A stretch of 64,000 nucleotides of DNA from an uncultured Methanoregulaceae archaeon. Its GTDB lineage: Archaea > Halobacteriota > Methanomicrobia > Methanomicrobiales > Methanospirillaceae. Positions 41,773 through 51,226 of this stretch are shown here, in pieces. The notes under the pieces were generated by a model, which was given only the letters and a program-made list of their open reading frames with translations, did not search any database and was not told where the DNA came from. The first letter of the stretch is position 1, and each line of letters opens with the position of its first letter. The stretch covers positions 1,536,001-1,600,000 of the forward strand of contig OY970061.1 of assembly GCA_963705255.1 (NCBI GenBank). Reading direction: 5' to 3'. Both the position numbers and the translations under genes were made by a program.

Positions 41773-42582
41773 CTATTCTGCTCGGATCACGGTTCCGATC
41801 CTTTTCCTGTTGATGGCCTTCTCGATATTCCCCCGCTTGTGGCAGTTGATGATCCTCACTTCACGGATATTGACCGCACGCTCAAGAAGTTCAACCACCA
41901 TAGGTTCAATGACCATATCGTCGAGATCCATCCTGATCAACTCTGCTGCAGTGATCTCCCTGATAAGGTCAGCATCGGGATCGACTCGGGGGTCTGCAGT
42001 GTAAAGGCCATCGACATTTTTGCCAATGATACAGCTCTTTGCCCCGAGGACTTCGGCGATGAGGAAGGCACCGGTGTCCGTGCGGTGGGGGGGGATGGTA
42101 TCGGTCCGTGACGGGTGTTCATAGAGTCCATAAGGCGGAGTGCCGTGAACCACCGGCAACATCCCAAGCCTGAGCAGGGTGGGAAGGTCTAGGATATCCC
42201 CGGTATGGATCCGGGTGCCATTGTATTTCGATAGGAGGATCGAGACCATAATTGCATTCTGTTCAGAAATTTTTGCTGATAGTTCGGCGAGCACTCCTGT
42301 GGGCATGCCAAGATCCATACCGATATCCATGATGTGGCGGACCCGCCCGCCACCCCCGGTAACAACTAGGATCTGGTGTTTTTTTGACAACTCCCCGATC
42401 TCTTCGCAGAGCGGGTACATGATCCTGCGCCCGTAGTCAATCGCACCGTGTCCCCCTATCTTGATCACATTGATATCAGGCGCGATCCGGATCTGACCGG
42501 ATGGAGGTCTTTTGATGCGCATGCCCTTCCTGACAAGGGTCTCTCCCTGCAACCCGCTGGCGAGCTCGATGCGTTTTATCAT
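41773..42582 (-). CDS. Amino-acid-kinase-fold protein, molybdenum storage protein (MoSto)-like
   Basis: VIKIGGHG, TGGGGRVRH, GMPTGVLA, PPYGLYEHP...IPPHRTDTGAFLIAE, VDGLYTADP. Confidence 0.8.
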   Translation of the reverse strand: MIKRIELASGLQGETLVRKGMRIKRPPSGQIRIAPDINVIKIGGHGAIDYGRRIMYPLCEEIGELSKKHQILVVTGGGGRVRHIMDIGMDLGMPTGVLAELSAKISEQNAIMVSILLSKYNGTRIHTGDILDLPTLLRLGMLPVVHGTPPYGLYEHPSRTDTIPPHRTDTGAFLIAEVLGAKSCIIGKNVDGLYTADPRVDPDADLIREITAAELIRMDLDDMVIEPMVVELLERAVNIREVRIINCHKRGNIEKAINRKRIGTVIRAE

Positions 42583-42713
42583 GTTATGCTCTCACTACCA
42601 GTATCGCAAAGGAAAGGTATAATCTCATGTAAACCAGTTGATATATCAGAGTCACAACTCCCTTCAGTTGGGGAAGTGCCAAGGTGAGAGGGTTTCTGAC
42701 AGGAGGAACTATT

Positions 42714-42917
42714 ATGAGAATCTATGTACGGGAACGCCAGAAAGTCGGCGAGGGGGGCGAGTCCCCGAAGTTCAGGATCGTTGCTGTGACCGGGGGGCAA
42801 CTCCAGATTGAGGCAACCCACTTCAGAAAGTTCGAGATTGAGCAGATTGCAAAAGACATTGGTGCAGAAGTCGTTTTTATGAAACCTGTTGTAGATGAGT
42901 ATAAGAAGAAACATTAG
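42714..42917 (+). CDS. Small hypothetical protein (67 aa)
   Basis: AGGAGG at 42701-42706 before ATG; MRIYVRERQKV...HFRKFEIEQIAKD. Confidence 0.7.
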   Translation: MRIYVRERQKVGEGGESPKFRIVAVTGGQLQIEATHFRKFEIEQIAKDIGAEVVFMKPVVDEYKKKH

Positions 42918-43028
42918 CTTTTTCCGGACATCCCGCCGCAACGGGTTATTGTGCCGGTGCCTGAAGGATTGCGGGGATTTTACTAAGTCTCTTTATGTAA
43001 GTGTGCCTAATATATCTGCAGAGAGCCT

Positions 43029-43370
43029 ATGGCCGTCCTTTCTGTGGATTGTCTCTTTGATGCAGCGATTCGTATCCAGCTGCTGGAACGTTCGATTACG
43101 ATCTCGTTCACGGACAACACCATACGGATAAAATTCCCGACTACACGGAGGCTTGCAGAATTTCTCGATGTACCACACTATTACATCCTTCCGTACTTTG
43201 CCATGATGGAACAGGAAGAGCTGGTCACCCGTGCTGAACGTGTCGGGATCCTGACTACGGCAAAGGGGAGCCGGAAAATGATAGAACTTATGAAGGAGAA
43301 ATACAAAAGCGAGACCTCAAGGATCCTCGGGCAGGAGATCTTTGACAACTTGTCTAGAAGAATTGATTAA
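43029..43370 (+). CDS. Stand-alone winged-HTH (GntR-like) protein
   Basis: FPTTRRLAEFLDV...MEQEELVTRAERVGILTT. Confidence 0.6.
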   Translation: MAVLSVDCLFDAAIRIQLLERSITISFTDNTIRIKFPTTRRLAEFLDVPHYYILPYFAMMEQEELVTRAERVGILTTAKGSRKMIELMKEKYKSETSRILGQEIFDNLSRRID

Positions 43371-43412
43371 AACGGACAGGAAATTTTTATTGTTTAACAA
43401 TTTTAAAAAATC

Positions 43413-43451
43413 AATCAGTTATCGTATAAACCATCTGCTTACCAACTGATT
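43413..43451. promoter_or_regulatory. Inverted repeat upstream of tupA (candidate operator)
   Basis: AATCAGTT-N23-AACTGATT, perfect 8-bp arms in an AT-rich region. Confidence 0.4.
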
Positions 43452-43524
43452 AGCATTTTATTTTAACATATGATAAAAAGAAACATTCAATAATTTCTCT
43501 GCAAAAGGTTATCCCGGTCATACT

Positions 43525-44569
43525 ATGACTAAACATGTACCATTAGGATTCATCGCAATTATGATTGCAGTAATTTTCGCTGCAATTCTCGTTACTGGAT
43601 GCACGAATACTCAGGGAACGTCAACACCCGCCGCAACACCGGCCCCCACTGAGAACGCACAACAGAACCTGGTCATCGCAACGACCACGAGCCTTTACGA
43701 TACAGGTCTTCTCAACTACCTGCAGCCTAAGTTTGAATCGCAGTATAATGTCAAGCTGCTGATAACATCCCAAGGAACCGGAAAAGCGATCGAGCTTGCA
43801 AAGCGTGGTGACGCAGACGTACTGCTTGTCCACTCTCCCGCCCAGGAACTGGCATTCATGAAAGGCGGATACGGCCTGAACCGGCGGTCATTCGCATCGA
43901 ACTCGTTCATGATTGTTGGTCCTGCGACGGACCCTGCAGGTGTCATCAACATGACTCCGGAGAACGCTTTCACCACGATCCTCCTCGAAGGCACAAACAA
44001 GACAGCAAACGTGTCTTTCGTTTCCCGTGGTGACGGGTCAGGGACGCAGACTGCTGAAATAAATATCTGGAAAAATGCCGGGTATAATTACACCCAGAAC
44101 GTCGAGAAATCCGGAAACTGGTATATCGAGACGGGACAGGGTATGGGAGCGACCCTCCAGATGGCAAGCCAGTTGGGTGCTTATACCCTGACCGACGAGG
44201 GCACGTACCTCGCTTACAAAGGCAACCTGACCCTTGTACCGGTCATCACCAAGGGCTCAAGCCTGCTCAACATCTACAGTGTCATGGCGGTCTACAATGA
44301 CAAGCAGCCTGCAGACAAGATCCAGATGGCAAACAACTTCATCAACTTCCTGATCTCCCCGCAGACCCAGGCAGATATCGGAAACTATGGCGTGGCTCAG
44401 GTACGGGAAGTCGCTTTTCATCCCGATGAGCGTCAGCGTCCCGAACGCCCCTGCCGGGTGGGTCGGTGACCACACCACTCTGGCAACGGATCTCGCGCCA
44501 GCCGCAACGGCAACAACTGCCATGGCTACTACCGCTGCCCCGGCCGCCAATGCGACAACAACATCATAA
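43525..44569 (+). CDS. tupA: Tungstate ABC transporter substrate-binding protein (frameshift near 44400)
   Basis: ATTTSLYDTGLL, GTGKA, DVLLVHSP, FVSRGDGSGT; signal ending VTGC. Confidence 0.9.
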
Positions 44570-44649
44570 CCTCCCTTTTTTAAACCGATACCGCTACCAG
44601 ATATTCGGAATTTTTCCTGCCCTGATCGGAAAGGGAACAGGTTGGGCCT

Positions 44650-45798
44650 TCAGCAGCTTCCCTGTACCTTCTGACCCCGCGTCCACCCGTACAGGTAAAC
44701 GATGATCATACCGGCAATGAAAGCGATTGTCATGGAGCTGACCAGGGCAAGCAGCCCGATGATAATTGTCACGAAGAGGCTGTCGGTTTTGAGGCTGTGA
44801 CGCCCCATTTCAATACCGACAAATACCAGAAGGGCGCCGAGAACGCCGACAGCAATGATGGAAAGGACCTGGGGCGAAGTGAAGAAAAGGGCAAGCACGA
44901 TGAAGATCAGGCCTGCGTATACATTTGCTCCTCCTGTCCGTGCCCCATACCGGTACTGTCCCGCTAGCCCCCCGGCGCCGTGACACATCGGGAATCCCCC
45001 GAACGGGACAGATGTCAGGTTCATCAACCCGATCGTGGCCGAGAATTTTTTCGGGGGCACGTCTTTCCCGAAAAGGTCTTTGGTGAGGAGCGATGTCGCA
45101 AGGATCGCATTCGCTATGGTGAGGACTACCTGCGGCAGGACCAGCGTTGAGAGGGCCGACGGAAAATCGCCGGGAAGCGGGATCACGAGCTGCGGGAAGG
45201 GGATGAGGCTCACCGGGGGGATACCGGAGATGAGAATTCCCCCGATAAAGCCAACGGCGATAACGCAGATCGATGAGAGATCAGGGAACGATCGGTAGCG
45301 TACCAGGATAAGAAAACCGACGATGATCGCAATACCGATACCAAAGAAGAGGGGATCCTTGATCACGAAACCGGCCGAAGACTTAAAAAGGAGCAGAGCG
45401 AGACCCAGCTGGATCCCCCGGACCACACTCTGGGGTACCCATCGTTCGATCATCTCAAAAAAACGTCCATAGCCGAGCACAAGGAATATGACGCCCAGTA
45501 TAAGCCCGGATGCCGCAATCTCTCCTGCTGAAATACCCCCGACAGCTCCGGCAGCGATAACGACGACCGCAATTGCTTTCATCGGTTCGAGCGGGATCGG
45601 CAGACGGTAATACAGGCCGGTCAAGATGAACCATATCCCAAAAAAGAGGAGAATGTAACGGGGATTGACGTCCGACACAAGGGCGACCGCAAGGATGAGG
45701 GGGATGATAGTCCCGAAATCCCCAAGGGATCCTGCAAGCTCGGAAAGGGAGAAGGAGAAGGGTACTGGTAGATCCGGGGGTTGGGTGTTGGTGTCCAT
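44650..45798 (-). CDS. MOT1-family putative molybdate/sulfate transporter
   Basis: ELAGSLGDFGT, PLEPMKAIA, VVRGIQLGL, PMCHGAGGLAGQYRYGART. Confidence 0.88.
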   Translation of the reverse strand: MDTNTQPPDLPVPFSFSLSELAGSLGDFGTIIPLILAVALVSDVNPRYILLFFGIWFILTGLYYRLPIPLEPMKAIAVVVIAAGAVGGISAGEIAASGLILGVIFLVLGYGRFFEMIERWVPQSVVRGIQLGLALLLFKSSAGFVIKDPLFFGIGIAIIVGFLILVRYRSFPDLSSICVIAVGFIGGILISGIPPVSLIPFPQLVIPLPGDFPSALSTLVLPQVVLTIANAILATSLLTKDLFGKDVPPKKFSATIGLMNLTSVPFGGFPMCHGAGGLAGQYRYGARTGGANVYAGLIFIVLALFFTSPQVLSIIAVGVLGALLVFVGIEMGRHSLKTDSLFVTIIIGLLALVSSMTIAFIAGMIIVYLYGWTRGQKVQGSC

Positions 45799-45976
45799 AG
45801 ATGGCTGATCAGGCAAAACGAATCAGATTTCTTTCACATACCGGGAAGTTACGAAACGGCATTGAACAATAATTAAAATAAAGTAAAGGCGATTATAACA
45901 ATTAACCTTTTCAAAGGGACATTCTTTACCGGATTCGCGGAATACCGCACAGAAGGGATGGGATACAGGAGGCAGG

Positions 45977-46708
45977 ATGGGAGATATAACCTCGGGATTT
46001 GTCCAGGCAATCAACCTGATCATCACCCTCAACCCGGAAGTCCTGCAGATCGCAGCACTCTCTCTCTATATTTCCCTCTCGGCAACAATCTTTGCAGCCT
46101 GCATTTCCATACCTGCCGGCGGGTTCATCCATTTTTACGAGTTCCGGGGAAAGCAGGTACTTATCACCCTTATCCAGACCCTGTACTCCGTCCCAACGGT
46201 TGTTGTCGGCCTCCTGATCTACCTGATGATCTCGAGGAGCGGCCCGCTGGGACCCCTGGGCCTCCTTTTTACCCCGGAAGGGATGATACTCGGCCAGACC
46301 GTGCTGATCATTCCCATCCTGATAGGTCTGGTTATCGCCGCACTCGGGGGGGTCGACCGCACTATCAGAGATACTCTCGTATCACTCGGAGCGACCGGGT
46401 TCCAGAGCATTATCCAGATCGTGAAGGAGGCGCGGTACGCAATTCTCAGCGCGGTAGTCCTCGGTTTCGGGCGGGCAATCTCCGAGGTCGGTGTTGCGAT
46501 GATGGTCGGGGGAAACATACGGGGCGAGACCCGTGTTCTGACAACGGCCATCGCACTCCAGACAGGCATCGGGGACTTCGGGTTTTCCGTCGCTCTTGGT
46601 ATCATCCTTCTCGGTATAGCACTTATCATCGTTGTCACTATGCACGTCATCACATCGGGCGCTTTCGGGACGTTTGAGCAGATCTCGGGGGGCGCACCAC
46701 GGGCCTGA
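45977..46708 (+). CDS. tupB: Tungstate ABC transporter permease
   Basis: PTVVVGL, SRSGPLG, GFGRAISEVG, VGGNIRGETRVLTTAI. Confidence 0.92.
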   Translation: MGDITSGFVQAINLIITLNPEVLQIAALSLYISLSATIFAACISIPAGGFIHFYEFRGKQVLITLIQTLYSVPTVVVGLLIYLMISRSGPLGPLGLLFTPEGMILGQTVLIIPILIGLVIAALGGVDRTIRDTLVSLGATGFQSIIQIVKEARYAILSAVVLGFGRAISEVGVAMMVGGNIRGETRVLTTAIALQTGIGDFGFSVALGIILLGIALIIVVTMHVITSGAFGTFEQISGGAPRA

Positions 46709-47802
46709 TTGATATCTCTGGTGTATCCCGCGAAACTGGCGGGAGAACTATCCTGGAAGGGATCACCCTTGGGATCAGGAAAGGCGAAGTATTTACCCTG
46801 ATCGGCCCGAGCGGGAGCGGCAAAACAACCCTCCTCCGCATCATCGATCTCCTCGATAACCCCACAGGCGGACAGATCCTTTTTGATGGTGTCGATACCA
46901 GAGCCCCGGAATCTGTCCGCCTTTCACTCCGGCGCCGCATGGGGATGGTCTTCCAGAAACCCGGGGTACTCAACACGACCGTTGCGGAAAATGTTGCATT
47001 CGGCTTGAAATTCCGGGGCATTCCAAGAGATGAAATCAGAGAAAAAGTCCCGGCAGCCCTCGAGCTCGTGGGCCTTCCCCACTTCGCGGAACGCCGTGCA
47101 GTAACCCTGTCCGGGGGTGAGATGCAGCGCGTGGCGATAGCCCGTGCCATGGTGACCGAACCCGATGTGCTCCTCCTTGACGAGCCGACCGCGAACCTCG
47201 ATCCGGTCTCTTCGGAACTGATAGAAAACCTCGTGGTCCGCATCAACCGGGAACTGCACACGACAGTTGTCATGGCCACCCATGACATGATCCAGGGACA
47301 GCGCCTTGCAGACCATATCGGGGTTATCATGGGAGGGCGGATCGTCCAGGTCGGCACCATCAATGATATCTTCTACCAACCGGCGGGAAAGGAGATCGCG
47401 CGTTTCGTCGGGATCGATACGGTCCTGAAAGGAGTTGTCAGGAGCAACGACGGGGGACATGCTCTGGTCGGAATTGGAGATGTCGTGTTTGATGTGATAA
47501 CGCCCGTCCAGCCGGGAGAGCGGGTGGCTCTCTATATACGGCCTGAGGAAGTGACCATAACTCTGCCCGGTGACGGTTCGTCACGGACAAGCGTGCGGAA
47601 CCAGCTCGCCGGGACCATAACCAGGATGGTACCTCTGGGACCATTTATCAGGATCACCGTGGATTTCGGGTCGCAACTCACGGCCCTTATCACCCGGAGG
47701 TCCTGTCATGAGCTCAATATCAGTGTCGGAACGGTTGTCACCGCAGGGATAAAAGCTTCAGCCATTCATGTCCTGCCGGATACCGTTGGCACAACCCGGT
47801 AA
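46699..47802 (+). CDS. tupC: Tungstate ABC transporter ATP-binding protein with TOBE domains (no canonical start codon)
   Basis: Frame open from 46678; Walker A GPSGSGKTT lies upstream of the ORF-track start; LSGGEMQR, LLLDEPT, SVRNQ. Confidence 0.88.
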   Translation, partial: TGLIDISGVSRETGGRTILEGITLGIRKGEVFTLIGPSGSGKTTLLRIIDLLDNPTGGQILFDGVDTRAPESVRLSLRRRMGMVFQKPGVLNTTVAENVAFGLKFRGIPRDEIREKVPAALELVGLPHFAERRAVTLSGGEMQRVAIARAMVTEPDVLLLDEPTANLDPVSSELIENLVVRINRELHTTVVMATHDMIQGQRLADHIGVIMGGRIVQVGTINDIFYQPAGKEIARFVGIDTVLKGVVRSNDGGHALVGIGDVVFDVITPVQPGERVALYIRPEEVTITLPGDGSSRTSVRNQLAGTITRMVPLGPFIRITVDFGSQLTALITRRSCHELNISVGTVVTAGIKASAIHVLPDTVGTTR

Positions 47803-47803
47803 C

Positions 47804-47907
47804 TCCGGCTGAAAGCTGGATCAGGATACTGGAGGGAGCGCTTCCCGGAATTGTTCAGGAAAAAGGGGACCGGCAGGTCATCGCCGGAAGCGCAGGCAGC
47901 GAAAAAA
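47804..47907. terminator. Probable terminator region between convergent tupC and fdhB
   Basis: Short hairpins (TCCGGCT-GAA-AGCTGGA; CCGGC..GCCGG) and A runs (T runs on the minus strand). Confidence 0.3.
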
Positions 47908-49161
47908 TTAATGGCCCTTCATCGGGTTGAACACGTTCTCATAGATCATGTCGCTGCCGGTGTTGTGCAGCCGCTCGCGCTCCACCTTCTCCTCTGCATA
48001 GGCGAGGATCGGGAGCTCCATGCTGACACCGGGAGTGTGGCCGAACATCTTCTCGAGTTCGACCTGCTGGGAATGCATGAAGAGAGCGTTCGGGATCTCG
48101 GCCGGGCAGAGTTCCTGGCACTGGCCGCAGTTCACGCAGGACGGTGCGATGTGGGCGAACCGGATGAGGTGGAACATGAAGTTCGGTGGGACTTCTCCGG
48201 GCGTCACATAGGCCGGGTTCTTGGTGGTGCAGTCTACACAGTAACAGATCGGGCATGCACTGATGCAGGAATAGCACTTGATACAGCGGGAGGTCTCGGT
48301 CATGATCTTCCTGAGCCGCTCCTTGCCCTCGCCAAGCGCTTCAAAGTCATGCTTTCGCCACTTATCGCCGAGCTTGAGCATCGCACCCTCGACCTTCCCC
48401 CGGATATCGAGTCCTTTGGGATTTGCGGCTTCGGTGGTAAGGAGGCCCTTCTTCACCGCGCCATCAAGGAGGTTTGCACCTTTCTCGCTGCAGACCTCGA
48501 CGAATGTAGCCTTGCCGGCACGGGGCCCGATAACCCCCCAGTTCCCGCAGGCCAGGTCGGCCTGGCGGGGGACTTTCATCTTGCAGCGGCGGCAGTTGGA
48601 CCTGCGGCCGTAGCCGGCCTCTTCGAGCTCGTCGACCGAGATGCCCTTGTGGCCTCCTTCGTACTCAATGATGAACTGGCCCTTGTCGATCTCTTCCTTG
48701 TGAACAACGTCCGGGTCTACACCGTACTTGTCAGCGATCATCTTCCTGGCGAGGACCGGGCTGACCGAGCCGCCGCAGTTGACCCCTATCATGACCACGT
48801 TGTCGAGGTTGATCTGCTGGCGTTTGGCGAGTTCGTAGAATGCCATCGCGTCGCAGCCCTTCACGGTCACACCGATCTTCATATTCTCGGCACCTTCCAG
48901 GTACTTCTTGACGAGCTTGGGCAGGAGCAGAGTACCGCAGTGGAGGGACCCGGCCGTCTTTGCAAGTTCCTTGGGGTCGGAGATCAGGACCGGTTGTGCA
49001 TCGTAAAGGTCGGTACCCCTGGTAATAACGAACACCGCGTCCACCATCTTTGACTCCAGCGCATATTTCCACAGGCTGGTGACTGCACCGCCGAGTTCGG
49101 CCTTCTTCTGGATCTCGGCATCGTTGGTCCATGCGTAGAGCATGTCGCCTTTCTTTGTCAT
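47908..49161 (-). CDS. fdhB: F420-dependent formate dehydrogenase beta subunit (copy 2)
   Basis: Very similar to copy 1 with the same Cys motifs; GGAGG SD. Confidence 0.95.
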   Translation of the reverse strand: MTKKGDMLYAWTNDAEIQKKAELGGAVTSLWKYALESKMVDAVFVITRGTDLYDAQPVLISDPKELAKTAGSLHCGTLLLPKLVKKYLEGAENMKIGVTVKGCDAMAFYELAKRQQINLDNVVMIGVNCGGSVSPVLARKMIADKYGVDPDVVHKEEIDKGQFIIEYEGGHKGISVDELEEAGYGRRSNCRRCKMKVPRQADLACGNWGVIGPRAGKATFVEVCSEKGANLLDGAVKKGLLTTEAANPKGLDIRGKVEGAMLKLGDKWRKHDFEALGEGKERLRKIMTETSRCIKCYSCISACPICYCVDCTTKNPAYVTPGEVPPNFMFHLIRFAHIAPSCVNCGQCQELCPAEIPNALFMHSQQVELEKMFGHTPGVSMELPILAYAEEKVERERLHNTGSDMIYENVFNPMKGH

Positions 49162-49162
49162 G

Positions 49163-51226
49163 TTACTGCGCCTCCGCAATCTTCTCGATTCTCAAAGCAC
49201 ACGCCTTGTACTCCGGGATCTTTGCCGTCGGGTCAAGCGCATTGTTGGTGAGCACGTTTGCTGCGCATTCCACAAAGTGGAACGGGATAAAGACCTCCCC
49301 TCTCTTTATGCCTTTCGTTACCCGTGCGCCAAGGGTAATCTCCCCTCTGCGGGAGACCGCCTTGACCATCTCCTTGTCCTTTATCCCCCATTCCTTTGCA
49401 TCCTCGGTGTTGATCTCGACCCAGCCGGTCGGTTCCTCGCGCTCAAGGCTGGGTGAGCGTCGGGTCATCGAGCCGGTATGCCACTGCCATATGCAGCGCC
49501 CGGTGGTTAAGATTATCGGGAAGTCCTTGTCCGGCACTTCGGCCGGGTACTTGAACTCAATGGGCGTGAAGATGCCGAGCCCGTCGGGGTGGGCAAACTT
49601 TTCTTTGTGCAGGATCGGGGTTCCCGGGTGCTCTAGGGTAGGGCAGGGCCAGTGGAGCGCTTCGGGCTTCTCAAGGCGTGCATAGTTCATGCCGCCATAG
49701 GAGGGAGTGACTTTTGCAACCTCGGTGAAGATCTCTTCCGGGCTCTTGAACGGGAACTGCTTCTCGTACCCCATGACCTTGGCAAGCTCGCAGATGATCT
49801 GCCAGTCGGCCTTTGCCTCACCTGGCGGGTCCTGTGCTTTCCTCCACTTCTGGACACGACGCTCGGTTGACGTCTGCGTTCCGTCCTTTTCGGCAAAACA
49901 AGCTGCCGGTAATACAACGTTGGCGAGCTGGGCGGTCTCGGTCAGGAAGATGTCCTGCACGACAATGAACTCGGCATTCTTCAGGCCCTTCTCCACATGG
50001 TGGAGGTCAGGGTCGGAAACCATCGGGTTTTCCCCCATGATATACAGGCACTTGAGCTTGCCGGGTGTATCGGCAAGGACATTGACCATCTCGGTGACCG
50101 TGTAGCCGACCTTGCCCTCAGCGATGTCGCAGCCCCATGCATCCGTCATCTTCTTGCGGAGATCGGCGTTGATGACCGCCTGGTAGCCGGAGTAGACGTT
50201 TGGCAGCGCGCCCATGTCGCAGGCGCCCTGCACATTGTTCTGGCCGCGGAGTGCGCAGACGCCGCCGCCCCGTTTCCCGAGGTGGCCGGTCAGCATCTGG
50301 AGGTTTGCAACCGATTTGACGTTGTCGACACCGGTCGTGTGCTGGGTGATACCCATCGAGTAAAGGACATTGCTCGACTCGGCCTTCGCAATCCACTCTG
50401 CAGCCTGTGCGAGCTGGGGAGCGGGGATACCGCAGATCTTGGAGACGTTTTCTAAGGTGTATGCCTCTTTCATCACGACTTCCTTGAGCTTCTCGAAATC
50501 CTTCGTCCGGTTCTTGATGAAGTCCTTGTTCTCCCAGCCGTTCCTGATGATGTACTGCATCATGCCGTTGAGGATGGCTACGTCCGTGCCTGAGTGGAAC
50601 TGCATGTAGAGGTCGGCCTGCTTCGCCGTCGGGGTCAGCCGCGGGTCTGCTACGATAACCTTGCCTCCGCGTTGCCGGGCGAGCATGATCTGCCGGCCGA
50701 TGAGCGGGTGGTTCTCAAAGGTATTGGAGCCGAGAACAAACACACACTTGGACTCACCGATATCGGTGATCGAGTTGGTCATCGCGCCGGAGCCGAATGC
50801 CCCGGCAAGCCCGACGACCGTTGACGCGTGGCAGAGCCGGGCGCAGTGGTCGACGTTGGGGGTCTTTAACACGGCCCGTGCAAACTTCTGCATCAGGTAG
50901 TTCTCCTCATTCGAGACACGGGCCGATGAGAGGCACTGGATCTCGTCGCCCTTGTAAGACTTGAACTTCTGGGCAATCAGCTTGTATGCCTCATCCCAAC
51001 TCGCCTCTTCGAACCTGCCGTCCTTTTTGATCAGCGGTCTGGTCAGGCGATCGGGGCTGTTGATGAACTCCCAGGCATAGTTGCCCTTGGGGCAGAGCTT
51101 GCCTTCATTGACCGGGTTGCGGTGCCAAGGCTGGACGCCGACGACCTTCTTGTCCACGACAACAAGATTGAAGCCGCACCCGGTTCCGCAGTACGGACAC
51201 GTGGTTGGTACATATTTGAATTCCAT
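49163..51226 (-). CDS. fdhA: Formate dehydrogenase alpha subunit (copy 2, intact)
   Basis: CPYCGTGC, CARLCHAST, LRGQNNVQGACDMG; GAGGTG SD. Confidence 0.95.
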   Translation of the reverse strand: MEFKYVPTTCPYCGTGCGFNLVVVDKKVVGVQPWHRNPVNEGKLCPKGNYAWEFINSPDRLTRPLIKKDGRFEEASWDEAYKLIAQKFKSYKGDEIQCLSSARVSNEENYLMQKFARAVLKTPNVDHCARLCHASTVVGLAGAFGSGAMTNSITDIGESKCVFVLGSNTFENHPLIGRQIMLARQRGGKVIVADPRLTPTAKQADLYMQFHSGTDVAILNGMMQYIIRNGWENKDFIKNRTKDFEKLKEVVMKEAYTLENVSKICGIPAPQLAQAAEWIAKAESSNVLYSMGITQHTTGVDNVKSVANLQMLTGHLGKRGGGVCALRGQNNVQGACDMGALPNVYSGYQAVINADLRKKMTDAWGCDIAEGKVGYTVTEMVNVLADTPGKLKCLYIMGENPMVSDPDLHHVEKGLKNAEFIVVQDIFLTETAQLANVVLPAACFAEKDGTQTSTERRVQKWRKAQDPPGEAKADWQIICELAKVMGYEKQFPFKSPEEIFTEVAKVTPSYGGMNYARLEKPEALHWPCPTLEHPGTPILHKEKFAHPDGLGIFTPIEFKYPAEVPDKDFPIILTTGRCIWQWHTGSMTRRSPSLEREEPTGWVEINTEDAKEWGIKDKEMVKAVSRRGEITLGARVTKGIKRGEVFIPFHFVECAANVLTNNALDPTAKIPEYKACALRIEKIAEAQ

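Noticed and set aside
19823-51226. Selenocysteine or pyrrolysine recoding in FwdB/FdhA
   Set aside because: All four metal-ligand positions are Cys codons and no in-frame TGA/TAG needs readthrough
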